DNA of 45,085 bases from an uncultured Candidatus Sumerlaeota bacterium (GTDB lineage Bacteria; CAYMEV01): positions 124,001-169,085 of the forward strand of contig CAYMEV010000005.1 of the NCBI GenBank assembly GCA_964389675.1. The letters run 5' to 3'. The position numbers were made by a program, and so were the translations under genes. Of the stretch, positions 1-10,294 are shown piece by piece. The notes beneath the pieces are model-generated. The model did not search any database, had not been told where the DNA came from, and was given only the letters and a program-made list of their open reading frames with translations. Within the stretch, counting starts at the first letter, position 1; each line of letters opens with the position of its first letter.

Positions 1-636
1 AAGGCTGATATTACCTATTTATACGACACTTTAGAACTTTTATCAAAGGTTGAATATATTATTCCTGCAGGAAAGAAGGATGTGGTGTTCAGTCTTTTCT
101 GTGATGTGGATAATAAACTTCTCGGTTCGAAAGGCTGCACCTATAGTTTTGGCCGGCAGAAAATGATAAATGAAAGAAGTTTCAAAATATGGGATAGTGC
201 CATTAAGCACTACCTGGATACTATTGCAAGATGTACAGCAGGCCTCCTGCATGACAGGAAATACTTCGGCGCAGCCGGAGGCGCTGGAGTTTCCCTCTAT
301 TATTATTTCAGCTCGACATTCACCTCAGGCAGCTCTGTTTTTTTGAACAGGCGATTTAAAAGGCTTTTTATGGAGTCAGATATTATAATCAGCGGTGAGG
401 GCATATTTGATGAAACCTCCCTGAATAAAAAGGCTGCCGGAGAATTAGTCATGCTGTCAAAGAAGCATGGCAGGAGTCTGATTCTTATTGTGGGAAAAGC
501 AAGCCACAGGATTGAAAGTGACAATATCAGGATTTTCAAAAACAAAAAAGAGGTTAAAACCAGAAATGATGCAATAAAAGAATTGTCAAACAGTCTTAAC
601 AGGGCTATATTAGAATTATTGAGGGATGCAGAATGA
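1..636 (+). CDS. Glycerate kinase (GlxK/GarK family), 5'-truncated by the window edge
   Basis: Frame is open from base 1. Motifs CDVDNKLLG..G..Y.FG.QK, GAAGGAG and DIIISGEGIFDETSL.KK match glycerate kinase. Stop overlaps the next start (ATGA, 633-636). Confidence 0.85.
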   Translation, partial: KADITYLYDTLELLSKVEYIIPAGKKDVVFSLFCDVDNKLLGSKGCTYSFGRQKMINERSFKIWDSAIKHYLDTIARCTAGLLHDRKYFGAAGGAGVSLYYYFSSTFTSGSSVFLNRRFKRLFMESDIIISGEGIFDETSLNKKAAGELVMLSKKHGRSLILIVGKASHRIESDNIRIFKNKKEVKTRNDAIKELSNSLNRAILELLRDAE

Positions 637-1991
637 AACAGGAATATACTGTAATAATAGATGATGAAAAGAATATCCGGCTGACCCTTTCAGGGCTTCT
701 CAATGATGAAGGCTATAATGCCAGGGCCTTCCCGAATACATCGAGCGCGCTTGAATTTATAATGAAAAACCCTGTGTGCATTGTTCTTCTTGATATCTGG
801 CTTCAGGATGGTATTGACGGCGTTCAGGCCCTGGAGCAGATAAAAAAGATCGATGACAGTATACAGGTCATTATGATGTCAGGGCATGGCACTATTGATC
901 TTGCTGTCCAGTGTATAAAGCAGGGAGCATACGATTTCCTTGAAAAACCCCTCAGTGCTGAAAGAATATTCATAGTCATAAAAAATGCACTAAAGCTTAA
1001 ACAGCTGCACGGCGAAAACCAGATATTCAAGTCTATAATGCAGGATCATGAAAAAATACTCGGCAGCAGCAGAAGTATCATGGAGATAAAAGACCAGATA
1101 ATGAAAATCGCTAAAACCAATGCAAGCGTACTGATATCAGGCGAAAACGGCACCGGCAAAGAGCTTGTCGCAAGAAGCATACACGATTTAAGCGATAGAA
1201 GCGATAAGGCTTTTGTAAGCATAAACTGTGCAGCTGTTCCCAATACACTTTTTGAAAGCGAGTTCTTCGGGTACGAAAAAGGTGCATTTACAGGGGCAGA
1301 AAGGAAAAAGATAGGAAAGATTGAAATGGCTGATAAAGGCACTCTATTTCTTGATGAGATTGGAGACATGGATATTACCTCCCAGTCAAAGATACTGAAG
1401 GTAATTGAGAATAAGGAGTTTATGAGGCTGGGAGGCTTAAAAAACATTATTGCTGATATACGATTTATCTCAGCCACAAATCAAAACCTTGAAAATATGG
1501 TTAAAAAAAGTCAGTTCAGAGAAGATCTTTATTTCAGGCTTAATGTCATTCCCGTAAATCTTCCTGCTTTAAGGGAAAGAAAAGAAGATATTCCTTATCT
1601 GGTAGATCATTTTATAAAAAAATTTTCAAACGAGCATAAAAAACGGGATATGACGATCGATGCAAAAGCTATGGAAAGAATGTCCCTTTACGCCTGGCCC
1701 GGAAATGTCAGGGAGCTGAAAAATTATATTGAAAGAATTGTTATATTTACTGATAAAGATATTATCAGAGAAAATGACCTTTTGGCTCCAGTAGTTTCCC
1801 AGCAGGGATTTAATCTTTTAAGCACCGATAAATCCCTTAAGGAGGCAAAAGAGGATTTCGAAAGGTATTATATAAAAAAAATACTGGACATTACAAACGG
1901 AAATGTTTCCAAAGCCTCAGGAATACTTAGTCTTGACAGGACATCACTGCACAGGAAGATCAGGGCTTTAAACCTGATAAATAATTCTTGA
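633..1991 (+). CDS. Sigma-54-dependent response regulator (NtrX/NtrC family; REC-AAA+-Fis HTH)
   Basis: Receiver (IIDDE, LLDIWL, MMSGHG, FLEKP); Walker A GENGTGKE; ESEFFGYEKGAFTGA; FLDEIGDM; FREDLYFRLNV; WPGNVRELKN; C-terminal HTH. LDIWL and SGHG are NtrX-like. Confidence 0.93.
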   Translation: MKQEYTVIIDDEKNIRLTLSGLLNDEGYNARAFPNTSSALEFIMKNPVCIVLLDIWLQDGIDGVQALEQIKKIDDSIQVIMMSGHGTIDLAVQCIKQGAYDFLEKPLSAERIFIVIKNALKLKQLHGENQIFKSIMQDHEKILGSSRSIMEIKDQIMKIAKTNASVLISGENGTGKELVARSIHDLSDRSDKAFVSINCAAVPNTLFESEFFGYEKGAFTGAERKKIGKIEMADKGTLFLDEIGDMDITSQSKILKVIENKEFMRLGGLKNIIADIRFISATNQNLENMVKKSQFREDLYFRLNVIPVNLPALRERKEDIPYLVDHFIKKFSNEHKKRDMTIDAKAMERMSLYAWPGNVRELKNYIERIVIFTDKDIIRENDLLAPVVSQQGFNLLSTDKSLKEAKEDFERYYIKKILDITNGNVSKASGILSLDRTSLHRKIRALNLINNS

Positions 1992-2030
1992 TTAAAGGAA
2001 GATAATACTTAATCTAAGGTCTGTAATTAT

Positions 2031-5000
2031 ATGAAAAAGGAAAAATTTATAGGAAGGGCAGAAAAGCTGGACGAATTCGGAAGAATTGTCAATGCCCTCC
2101 AAAATAATAATCTTAGCTTTAATATCCTCATAATAAGCGGAAAGCAAGGGACCGGCAAAACTTTCCTCTTAAGCAGGCTTATGAACTTTGTACAGAAAAG
2201 CAAGTTTCATTCAATTTCCATGCAGGGCCATTATTTATCTGAAAATTCTGAATTATTCGCAGATTTTCTTGAAAATATAGGCAATCTCTCAAGAAAGCTT
2301 TCCAGGGATATAAAGCAGAATGACATAAGCTTTTTAAATATTTTTGAATTTGAGAAAATCCAGGTTTTAACTGATCAGTTAAAAGATATTACAAGCAAAA
2401 AGCCTGTAATTTTCTTTGTAGATGACCTTGAATACATGACTATTAGCTTTTTAAGGCTAATATTTTTAATGTCTCAGAGATTATCTTCCAATCGATTCCT
2501 GCTGGTCTGCTCCATGGATGCAGAAAATATTGAGAAGATACTGCTTCCCATAGTATCATCAAGCGAGATAGGATATAAAACATTTGATGTGGGGAGCTTT
2601 TATGAAAATGAGATACTGCATCTGCTAAAATCTAATAAAATTAAGTCTGACAAATTAACATCCTTTATAAAATCAATATTTGACAATAACATCAAGAAGA
2701 TCAAGTTTATTATCAGCAATTACTCCTATCTGGAAAATTTTTTGTCAGAAAGGGATTACAATGCGGATTTTAATGAAATAATAGAGCATCTGCTTGAAGG
2801 ACTTGGATCAGTATCAAAAGAAATACTGTTCAGATTGTCTGTTTATGAAGACACAGTTCCTTACGGGATTTTTTCCGCAAATAATGATATTATCAATGAC
2901 CTCGCTGCAAGAAGGTTTCTTAAAATTATCCGAATCAAAAGGAAGGAATATATTAATTTTTACCTTTCAGACATAAAGCATTGCGTATCAAAAAAGAATG
3001 AAGATAATAGGCTGATATCAGACGAACTGAATAATATCAAAGATTCCAAAGGATTCCTGGCAGAACATTATAAAATGCTTTTTCAGCTTTCCCTTGAGGA
3101 CAGTAATACAAATACGCCTGATACCCTTTCCCTTATTGACAGATATATAATGAACAATCTCTATTACCATGCAATAAGGCTGATTTTTGCCATAACGGAA
3201 ATAAACCTCAAAAGCCCTGAGATCGATCACAGGATACTTTTTTTTGCCCTTAACAGGCTATCAATCTGCTTCTCCAATATTGTTTATGATAATAAGTACA
3301 GGCTTATTGTTGAAAAATATGCCAGCAAGGATCTTCCGCCTCCTGTAAAGGCAAACTTTATATATCTGTATTCTCAGCTTTTATTCTTATCCGGAGAGGT
3401 CGACAATGCCTTTAAACACCTTGTTAAGACTATAGATATCCTGAGGCCCCTGAAACAAACTCCTGAAATCTGTGAACTGCTGCTGGATGCATATGGGACA
3501 GCATTTACCAGGATACCGGGGTTTGATGCCGGCACTTTTATAAGTGATTTCAATAAATCAACAATAATTTCTAACAATATCAGACTTAAATCAAAATACC
3601 TGGCGAAACTTGCATTCATTAACTATAAACTTGGAAAATATGACAAATCAAAAAAACTATTCAAGAATATTTTAAAAAACCTTGAAAATATAGAAGATAA
3701 ATGGCTTCTGGCTGACATATACAATAATCTGGGAAGAGCAGCGACCTATACCAGCAGGGAAGAAGAGATAATAATAGGGTATTACCTCAAAAGTGCAAGG
3801 CTTTACAGGGAATTAGGGGATTTAAAGGGTGAGCATAAACCTCTGAATAATCTTGGAATATTATTTTCCAGGTCACTGGGACTTAGTACCGGGTACTATT
3901 ATCTTAGCCTCTGTGTTGAAATATCAAGGTTCAATAATGATTATGACAGTATAGCATTATTATCAAATAATATAGTATCAATATTCTACCAGTATGGCGA
4001 CTGGGACAAAGCACTTGAATATCTGACAAGAAGTATCTCATATTCCAGAAAGATACGAAATAAGAATCTCTACACAATTGCCGTTTCCAACTTCATGCTG
4101 ATTAATATATTCAGAGGCAATCTTATTATAGCAAGACAATATTCCCATATATATAAGAATGAAATAAAGAATATCACTGAAAAGGATAAACTGCTTACAT
4201 ATTACAAAACAATGGCCGATCTGGAATTTTATGACAGCAGGTTTAATAAAGCAGTAAGCCTTCTAAAAACATGTTTTTCACTTTCTCAGAAATACAATTT
4301 TCCAAAGCAATCATTCGACAGCGCCCTGCAGTTATACGAGTATTACCTCCTGTATGATAAGGATCCTGAGAAAATAGCGGAATATACTGATTATTTGAAC
4401 AATTCCATAGTTGATGACCCCACTGATTACGGATTTTACAGAAAGATACAGGCGATGAACAAGATGCGGGAGGGGAAATATTCTGAAAGTATTGACCTCA
4501 TTGAGGATTCAATCTCTACACTTCAAAATCTCGTTGGCTATAAAATTGAATCAGCTATTGTTTATCTTATTGCTTCTGTTATATATCTCAGGTCCTATAA
4601 TTTCAAACCGGACATGCTTATCTATCAAAAGATAAGCCAATACTACCATGATATTTCGCTTAAGATGTTTGCTGACCTTGATGCACTGAATCTGTTGTCT
4701 ATATATATAAAAATGCCATTCTGCAATGCCCTGGGGGATATTTCGATCCACGGGATGAAATCAGCCATATTTGAGAAGGACAAGCATCAGTTTGAGAAGA
4801 TCATCAACAATCTTTCAAACAGGATCAATATACTTGAAAATGTTGTCAGCAGAAAAGATCTGACAGATTCATCGAATATTTCAGAAAACATTGTGGAACT
4901 GCTGAAAGACAGCCTCTATACCCTGAATTTTACATTTAAAAGCATTATGAACAAGGTAGATAATAGGATCTACAGCCTTAGCAAGAGCAGTCAAAGTTTG

Positions 5001-6215
5001 ATAGACCTGCTTTCCATAAGCAAAAAGATAAACAGCATGCTGGATACAAAAGATCTTTTTGAGATCATTCTCGAGAGCATCATTAATATACTTCAGGCTG
5101 AACGTTCTTTTATCTTCCTTTCTGATGAGACGAAACTCAATCTTGAGGCCGTTTATTCTATTAATAAAACTGAATTCAGCTGCTATCCTGAGAATAATGT
5201 CATAGAGACTTCAGAAAGGTCATTTGCAGATAATAAATTTCTTTCAGGTTTTGTTGAGATTGAGACAGCAGATGCCTGTAATTTATCGGACAAGAAAAGA
5301 TTTTACCTTGCTATTCCCCTGAATATAGAGCAAAAAACCATAGGATGCCTTTATATTGATCTTCCTCATAATATGGCAAATATTGACAAAACACATATGG
5401 AACTGGCTCAGCTTTTTGCTGAATATGCATCCACAGCAATCGACAAAGCTCACAATATTCAGGAATTGCACAGCGCAATGGAGAATTTAAAGACCCTTGA
5501 CAGGTTAAAGAGTGAATTTATTACTATTGCAAGCCATGAATTGAGGACACCCCTGGTTACAATAAAGGGATACCTGGAGCTGCTATTGAATGGCCTTCTG
5601 GGAAAGCTCAATGATAAACAGATGAAGGGCCTGAACCTGTCCAATAATAATCTCGAAAGGCTTATAAAGCTTGTAGACGATATCATAATAATTGCAGAAA
5701 TCGAGAGAGGTGAAGAAAGCCTTTACAAGGAAATTTTTGATATAAACTCTCTGATACCTGTCCTCGAGGCAGAAACCAAGGAATACATAGAAAAGAGAAA
5801 TCAAAGGCTTAATATTGATCTTTATCCTCAGCCCCTTGAAATATACGGTGATAAAGATAAAATAAAATCAGCACTGATGAACATTCTTATGAATGCTATA
5901 AGGTTTACTCAAGACAATGGCAGAATAACCCTCAGCACAGAATCAGATGAAAATACGATTATTGTTGCTGTTACTGATAACGGTATAGGCATTCCCCAGG
6001 AAGAAATCCCCAAAATTTTTGAAAAATTCTATGAAATACAGAAATCCAGCTATCACAAGTCCGGCACCTATGAATTCCTTTCTGGAGGAGCCGGGCTGGG
6101 TTTGCCAATTGCCAAAGCAATAGTAGAGCTGCATTTCGGCTTCATTGAGGTAGAATCTGAAGTAAAAAAGGGAAGCAAATTCTATATCCACTTTCCCAGA
6201 ATGGAGAAAGTATAG
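2031..6215 (+). CDS. Large soluble sensor histidine kinase: AAA/STAND-like ATPase + TPR region + GAF + HisKA + HATPase_c
   Basis: FIGRAEKL, Walker A GKQGTGKT, Walker B IFFVDDLE; TPR-like helices (LADIYNNLGR, PLNNLGI, YGDWDKALEYL); GAF (LQAERSFIFL...LAIPL...IGCLYID); H-box ASHELRTPL; NILMNAIRFT; DNGIGI; GLGLPIAK. No TM segment seen. Confidence 0.88.
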   Translation: MKKEKFIGRAEKLDEFGRIVNALQNNNLSFNILIISGKQGTGKTFLLSRLMNFVQKSKFHSISMQGHYLSENSELFADFLENIGNLSRKLSRDIKQNDISFLNIFEFEKIQVLTDQLKDITSKKPVIFFVDDLEYMTISFLRLIFLMSQRLSSNRFLLVCSMDAENIEKILLPIVSSSEIGYKTFDVGSFYENEILHLLKSNKIKSDKLTSFIKSIFDNNIKKIKFIISNYSYLENFLSERDYNADFNEIIEHLLEGLGSVSKEILFRLSVYEDTVPYGIFSANNDIINDLAARRFLKIIRIKRKEYINFYLSDIKHCVSKKNEDNRLISDELNNIKDSKGFLAEHYKMLFQLSLEDSNTNTPDTLSLIDRYIMNNLYYHAIRLIFAITEINLKSPEIDHRILFFALNRLSICFSNIVYDNKYRLIVEKYASKDLPPPVKANFIYLYSQLLFLSGEVDNAFKHLVKTIDILRPLKQTPEICELLLDAYGTAFTRIPGFDAGTFISDFNKSTIISNNIRLKSKYLAKLAFINYKLGKYDKSKKLFKNILKNLENIEDKWLLADIYNNLGRAATYTSREEEIIIGYYLKSARLYRELGDLKGEHKPLNNLGILFSRSLGLSTGYYYLSLCVEISRFNNDYDSIALLSNNIVSIFYQYGDWDKALEYLTRSISYSRKIRNKNLYTIAVSNFMLINIFRGNLIIARQYSHIYKNEIKNITEKDKLLTYYKTMADLEFYDSRFNKAVSLLKTCFSLSQKYNFPKQSFDSALQLYEYYLLYDKDPEKIAEYTDYLNNSIVDDPTDYGFYRKIQAMNKMREGKYSESIDLIEDSISTLQNLVGYKIESAIVYLIASVIYLRSYNFKPDMLIYQKISQYYHDISLKMFADLDALNLLSIYIKMPFCNALGDISIHGMKSAIFEKDKHQFEKIINNLSNRINILENVVSRKDLTDSSNISENIVELLKDSLYTLNFTFKSIMNKVDNRIYSLSKSSQSLIDLLSISKKINSMLDTKDLFEIILESIINILQAERSFIFLSDETKLNLEAVYSINKTEFSCYPENNVIETSERSFADNKFLSGFVEIETADACNLSDKKRFYLAIPLNIEQKTIGCLYIDLPHNMANIDKTHMELAQLFAEYASTAIDKAHNIQELHSAMENLKTLDRLKSEFITIASHELRTPLVTIKGYLELLLNGLLGKLNDKQMKGLNLSNNNLERLIKLVDDIIIIAEIERGEESLYKEIFDINSLIPVLEAETKEYIEKRNQRLNIDLYPQPLEIYGDKDKIKSALMNILMNAIRFTQDNGRITLSTESDENTIIVAVTDNGIGIPQEEIPKIFEKFYEIQKSSYHKSGTYEFLSGGAGLGLPIAKAIVELHFGFIEVESEVKKGSKFYIHFPRMEKV

Positions 6216-6216
6216 A

Positions 6217-7059
6217 TTGGAAATAATAGATTATATTCTAAGATCAGAATCAAAACCCATTCTTATGGGAATACTGAATATAACACCCGACTCATTTTCT
6301 GACGGGGGAGAGTTTAATAACCATGAGAAAGCCTTTAAGAAAGCAATTGAGATGCACCAGGAAGGTGCTGCGATCATTGACATAGGCGGTGAATCTACAA
6401 GGCCCGGTGCATCGGAAGTAAGCGAAGAAGAAGAATTAGCAAGAATACTGCCGGTAATTGAAAGAATAAAGAAATATGACAAATCCATCATAATTTCAGC
6501 AGATACCCGGAAATCATCTGTTGCTGAAGAAGCCTTGAATGCCGGAGCAGATATCATAAACGATGTCTCGGGAGCAAGGTTTGATCAAGGAATGATTTCA
6601 GTAATTCATAGGTATAATCCAGCATATGTTCTGATGCATTCGTCAGATAATCCTGACAAAATGCAGGACAACCCTGTAAATGAAAATAATATTATGGATG
6701 TCCTGTCAGAATTTTTTCAAGAAAGATTGCATTATTTTGAAATAAATGATATTAATACTAATAATATTATTATAGACCCTGGTATTGGCTTTGGAAAAAC
6801 ACCTAGGGCAAATCATGCTATAATCAAATCTCTGCATATGCTTAAAAGATTTGAAAAGCCAATACTTATTGGTACATCAAGGAAATCATTTATTGGCAGG
6901 ATGGATAATTCAGATGTCAGGAACAGATTAGGAGGAAGTATTGCCAGTGCTATTCTATCAATGCTGAACGGAGCAGATATTATAAGATGCCATGATGTTT
7001 TTGAAACAAATCAGGCTGTCAGCACTTTCAGGAAAATCGAAGAATATGAACAGGGTTAA
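6217..7059 (+). CDS. folP: Dihydropteroate synthase
   Basis: MGILNITPDSFSDGG, IDIGGESTRPG, INDVSG, IDPGIGFGK, GTSRKSF, IIRCHDV; TTG start. Confidence 0.97.
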   Translation: MEIIDYILRSESKPILMGILNITPDSFSDGGEFNNHEKAFKKAIEMHQEGAAIIDIGGESTRPGASEVSEEEELARILPVIERIKKYDKSIIISADTRKSSVAEEALNAGADIINDVSGARFDQGMISVIHRYNPAYVLMHSSDNPDKMQDNPVNENNIMDVLSEFFQERLHYFEINDINTNNIIIDPGIGFGKTPRANHAIIKSLHMLKRFEKPILIGTSRKSFIGRMDNSDVRNRLGGSIASAILSMLNGADIIRCHDVFETNQAVSTFRKIEEYEQG

Positions 7060-7065
7060 AAAACG

Positions 7066-7821
7066 ATGAACTGGCTTAATTTAGTGGATATATTTGATAT
7101 TATTATTGTAGCATTTATAATATACCGATTGCTGCTTTTAATAAAGGATACAAGAATAATACAGATGCTCTGGGGAGTGCCTGTATTTTTTCTCCTCCTC
7201 TGGTTTGCAAAACTATTGAAGCTGCAAACCCTTCATTTCCTGTTAAATAATGTTATTGGGTACCTTGTTCTGACATTTGTAATACTGTTTCACCCGGAAA
7301 TCAGGAAAGGGCTCTCTTCCATAGGCCAGAACAGCATTTTTAATATTGTCAAATCCCATAACAGCCAGACAGATTTTCTTGATGAACTCATCTTAAGCCT
7401 TACCTTTCTGAAAAACAATAAGATAGGTGCATTGATTGCAATTGAGAGGGAAATTAATATCGAAAAATATGTAACGATGGGGACAATACTGGATGCAGAG
7501 ATAACCAAAGAACTGATAGAATCCGTTTTCTTTCCCAATTCTCCGCTGCATGACGGGTCAATAATAATAAAAGAAAATAAAATCTTTGCTGCCGGCTGCA
7601 TTCTGCCGATAACAAGGCAGGAGAACCTTGATCAGAGATTTGGATCAAGGCACAGGGCAGGATTAGGATTAAGCGAGGAAACGGATGCAATAGTGATAAT
7701 AGTGTCAGAAGAAAATGGAAGGATTTCAATAGCTGATTCCGGCATACTGAAAGTAGACCTGTCAGTCAAGGAAATAGAAGCCTACATTAAAGAAAGGTTC
7801 TTTGAAAAAAATAAGGAATGA
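7066..7821 (+). CDS. cdaA: Diadenylate cyclase CdaA/DacA (3 TM + DAC domain)
   Basis: N-terminal TM helices, FHPEIRKGL, GALIAIER, PLHDGS, GSRHRAGLG, VSEENG.IS. Confidence 0.95.
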   Translation: MNWLNLVDIFDIIIVAFIIYRLLLLIKDTRIIQMLWGVPVFFLLLWFAKLLKLQTLHFLLNNVIGYLVLTFVILFHPEIRKGLSSIGQNSIFNIVKSHNSQTDFLDELILSLTFLKNNKIGALIAIEREINIEKYVTMGTILDAEITKELIESVFFPNSPLHDGSIIIKENKIFAAGCILPITRQENLDQRFGSRHRAGLGLSEETDAIVIIVSEENGRISIADSGILKVDLSVKEIEAYIKERFFEKNKE

Positions 7822-8795
7822 AAATTCAGAATATCTTTACAAGAAATATACTGCTGAAGATTATAAGCCTTATAATCGCAGTTATATTATGGGTCAGCTA
7901 TGGACGAATAAGCGGTGAAAAAACCATCACGCACATAGATATTGCACCGACATTCAGCAATCTGCCCCAGGGTTTTGAGATCGTTACACAGGATATAGGC
8001 AGTATCAGGCTCAGGATCCAGGGAAACACAAATGTACTTAAAAATATCAGCAATGCCGATTTTAGCGTAAATATTGACCTTGGAAGTGTCAAAGAGCCCA
8101 GCGAGCTCGATATTGTCGTTCTTCCTCTGCTGGAATACCCGTCACAGGTTGAGATACTTGAAGTTAATCCGGTTTCCCTTGATATTTTTGTAGACAGAAC
8201 AGCTACTGAAAATATCCCCTTAACCATTGATTCAGAGAATATTTCAAACCTGCCCTATGGCAAAAGCATATCACGCATTGATCTAATCCCAAGTACTGTC
8301 ACAGTAGAGGGGCCTGAATCAGAAATAGGCAAGCTTGGGTCAATTGGAATAAAACCAATCTCTTTGCCCGGGACCAGTGAACAGGATTCGATCATGGTGA
8401 ACGGCCAGCTGGATATACCCGCAAGAAGCTCTATAAGGTGGAAGAGCCAGACAAGAAGGGTAGGGGTTCATATATTTTTTTCCGACATTATTGACAGGAG
8501 GGAAATCAGACGGATACCAATAAAAGTCTTTCCTGAAGGGATAAGATATTCTCTGTCACAGACATATATTGACGCCCTTGTCTCAGGTCCTGTTATACTG
8601 CTTGATCAGATGGAGGAAAGCGGATATTTCGCCAGAGTAAATGTCTCAGGGATAAATTTTAAGCGAAATGACAGCCTGGATCTATCACCTCAGCTTCTTA
8701 ACCAGGACAAGCTTTCAGACATATCCATAAATCCAAAAGTTATAACCATTACATTCAATGAAAGCCTGCAGGAATATAATTCACGAATTAAATAA
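7818..8795 (+). CDS. cdaR: CdaR / YbbR-domain regulator of diadenylate cyclase
   Basis: N-terminal NILLKIISLIIAVILW anchor; YbbR-like repeats (PSTVTVEGPES, VSGP); overlaps the cdaA stop codon. Confidence 0.85.
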   Translation: MKIQNIFTRNILLKIISLIIAVILWVSYGRISGEKTITHIDIAPTFSNLPQGFEIVTQDIGSIRLRIQGNTNVLKNISNADFSVNIDLGSVKEPSELDIVVLPLLEYPSQVEILEVNPVSLDIFVDRTATENIPLTIDSENISNLPYGKSISRIDLIPSTVTVEGPESEIGKLGSIGIKPISLPGTSEQDSIMVNGQLDIPARSSIRWKSQTRRVGVHIFFSDIIDRREIRRIPIKVFPEGIRYSLSQTYIDALVSGPVILLDQMEESGYFARVNVSGINFKRNDSLDLSPQLLNQDKLSDISINPKVITITFNESLQEYNSRIK

Positions 8796-8926
8796 TTGAA
8801 TTAACAGCCCTTGGCCTGACATATTGATGCATGCTTTTTTATCTTGATTAAAAAGGATTATATATGTAATAAAAATACTTGAAATTTACTATGCTCATTA
8901 TTATGAACAGCAGCAGGAGGCCAAAA

Positions 8927-10294
8927 ATGAGAAGATTAAGGAAAACCGTTATTTCCTACCTTATTTTTATTCTTATTGCAGCCATGAGCAAACGTTCAGA
9001 CCAGGCTATAATAAAAATTACAGGAATTGCTGAATATTTTTGTATCAAGGATTATTATAAAAGGATAATAAGAAGGATAAGGAACCTCTTCTATCAGGGC
9101 CACCCTTCACTGAAAATAGCAAAGACGATACTGAATGATATAAACCCGAACCAGAAAACAAAAATTATTCAGAACTTTATAATAAATCAGCTGCTATCAG
9201 GAACAAATAAAAGGCAGGAATATCTCCTTAAAGAAGGAATATATCCCCCGGGTTTTGGCGTGATCAGCCCTTCCATGAAATGCAATCTGCATTGCTATGG
9301 ATGTTATTCGGCGCTTTATGATAAAAGCAGGGAGCTTTCATTTAATGAGATAGATGACATATTGAATCAGATGAAGGAGATGGGCATATATTTTGCTGTA
9401 ATCAGCGGAGGAGAACCATTTTATTCTGAGGCTGTGGCCAGGATCTTTAAGAAACATGATGATATGGCCTTCATGGTATATACTAACGGATCACTCATTA
9501 ATGCAGGATTGGCAGACTTTATTGCTGAAACAGGAAACATTCTCCCTTGCATAAGCGTGGAAGGTTTTAAGCAGGAAACAGACAAGCGGAGGGGAAAAGG
9601 GCATTTTGACATGGTAATCAGGGCTATGGACCTGCTCAGGGAAAGAAATCTGGCCTTTGGATTCTCAGCCACACTGACCCGTGATAATTCAGATATAATA
9701 ACATCTGACCGTTTTATTGATTTTTATATTCAAAAGGGTGCACTTGTCGGATGGTATTTCCACTATATGCCAACAGGAATCAACCCTGACCTCAACCTTC
9801 TGCCCACGCCGAAGCAAAGGGATAATCTTCGAAAAAGGGTTGAGTATTTCAGGGAGAACAAAGAAATACTGCTGGGCGACTTTCAGAATGACGGGCCTCT
9901 TGTAGGGGGATGTATAGCAGCCGGGAGAAAATATTTCCATATAAATAATAACGGGGACATAGAACCCTGCACATTCCTCCATTATGCCACCAATAATATC
10001 AGAACCTCCAGTCTGAAGGATGCATTGAAAAGCGATTTTTTCCAGTATATCAGGAAGTGTCAGTCATCAAATGAAAACCTCCTGCGCCCCTGTACTATAC
10101 TTGACCATCCCGAGTTTTCAAGAAATGCAATAAGAAAATGCAATGCATACCCCACACACGCAGGTGCTGAATCAACGTTTACGATACTGTCTGATGACCT
10201 GGACAAATATGCTTCTTCCTATGCGAAGATTGCCGATAAGGCCTGGGCAAAGATAATAAGCTTCAGAGAAAAGGATAGAGATGAACAGATCTGA
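8927..10294 (+). CDS. Radical SAM protein with SPASM/twitch-like C-terminal domain, function unknown
   Basis: CNLHCYGC, SGGEP, YTNG, GCIAAGRKYFHINNNGDIEPC, RPC. Start moved to ATG 8927, which follows an AGGAGG RBS (the ORF track starts at 8879). Confidence 0.9.
   Translation: MRRLRKTVISYLIFILIAAMSKRSDQAIIKITGIAEYFCIKDYYKRIIRRIRNLFYQGHPSLKIAKTILNDINPNQKTKIIQNFIINQLLSGTNKRQEYLLKEGIYPPGFGVISPSMKCNLHCYGCYSALYDKSRELSFNEIDDILNQMKEMGIYFAVISGGEPFYSEAVARIFKKHDDMAFMVYTNGSLINAGLADFIAETGNILPCISVEGFKQETDKRRGKGHFDMVIRAMDLLRERNLAFGFSATLTRDNSDIITSDRFIDFYIQKGALVGWYFHYMPTGINPDLNLLPTPKQRDNLRKRVEYFRENKEILLGDFQNDGPLVGGCIAAGRKYFHINNNGDIEPCTFLHYATNNIRTSSLKDALKSDFFQYIRKCQSSNENLLRPCTILDHPEFSRNAIRKCNAYPTHAGAESTFTILSDDLDKYASSYAKIADKAWAKIISFREKDRDEQI

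Noticed and set aside
2031-6215. STAND-TPR protein as an Avs-type antiviral defence protein
   Set aside because: The output is a His kinase rather than a nuclease, NADase or protease, and the context is a housekeeping operon. Kept only as a signalling finding.
8811-8830. Possible sigma54 promoter (TGGC...TTGA) upstream of the radical SAM gene
   Set aside because: The spacing is one base too long and the -12 GC is absent. I found no convincing -24/-12 site in the intergenic regions I inspected.
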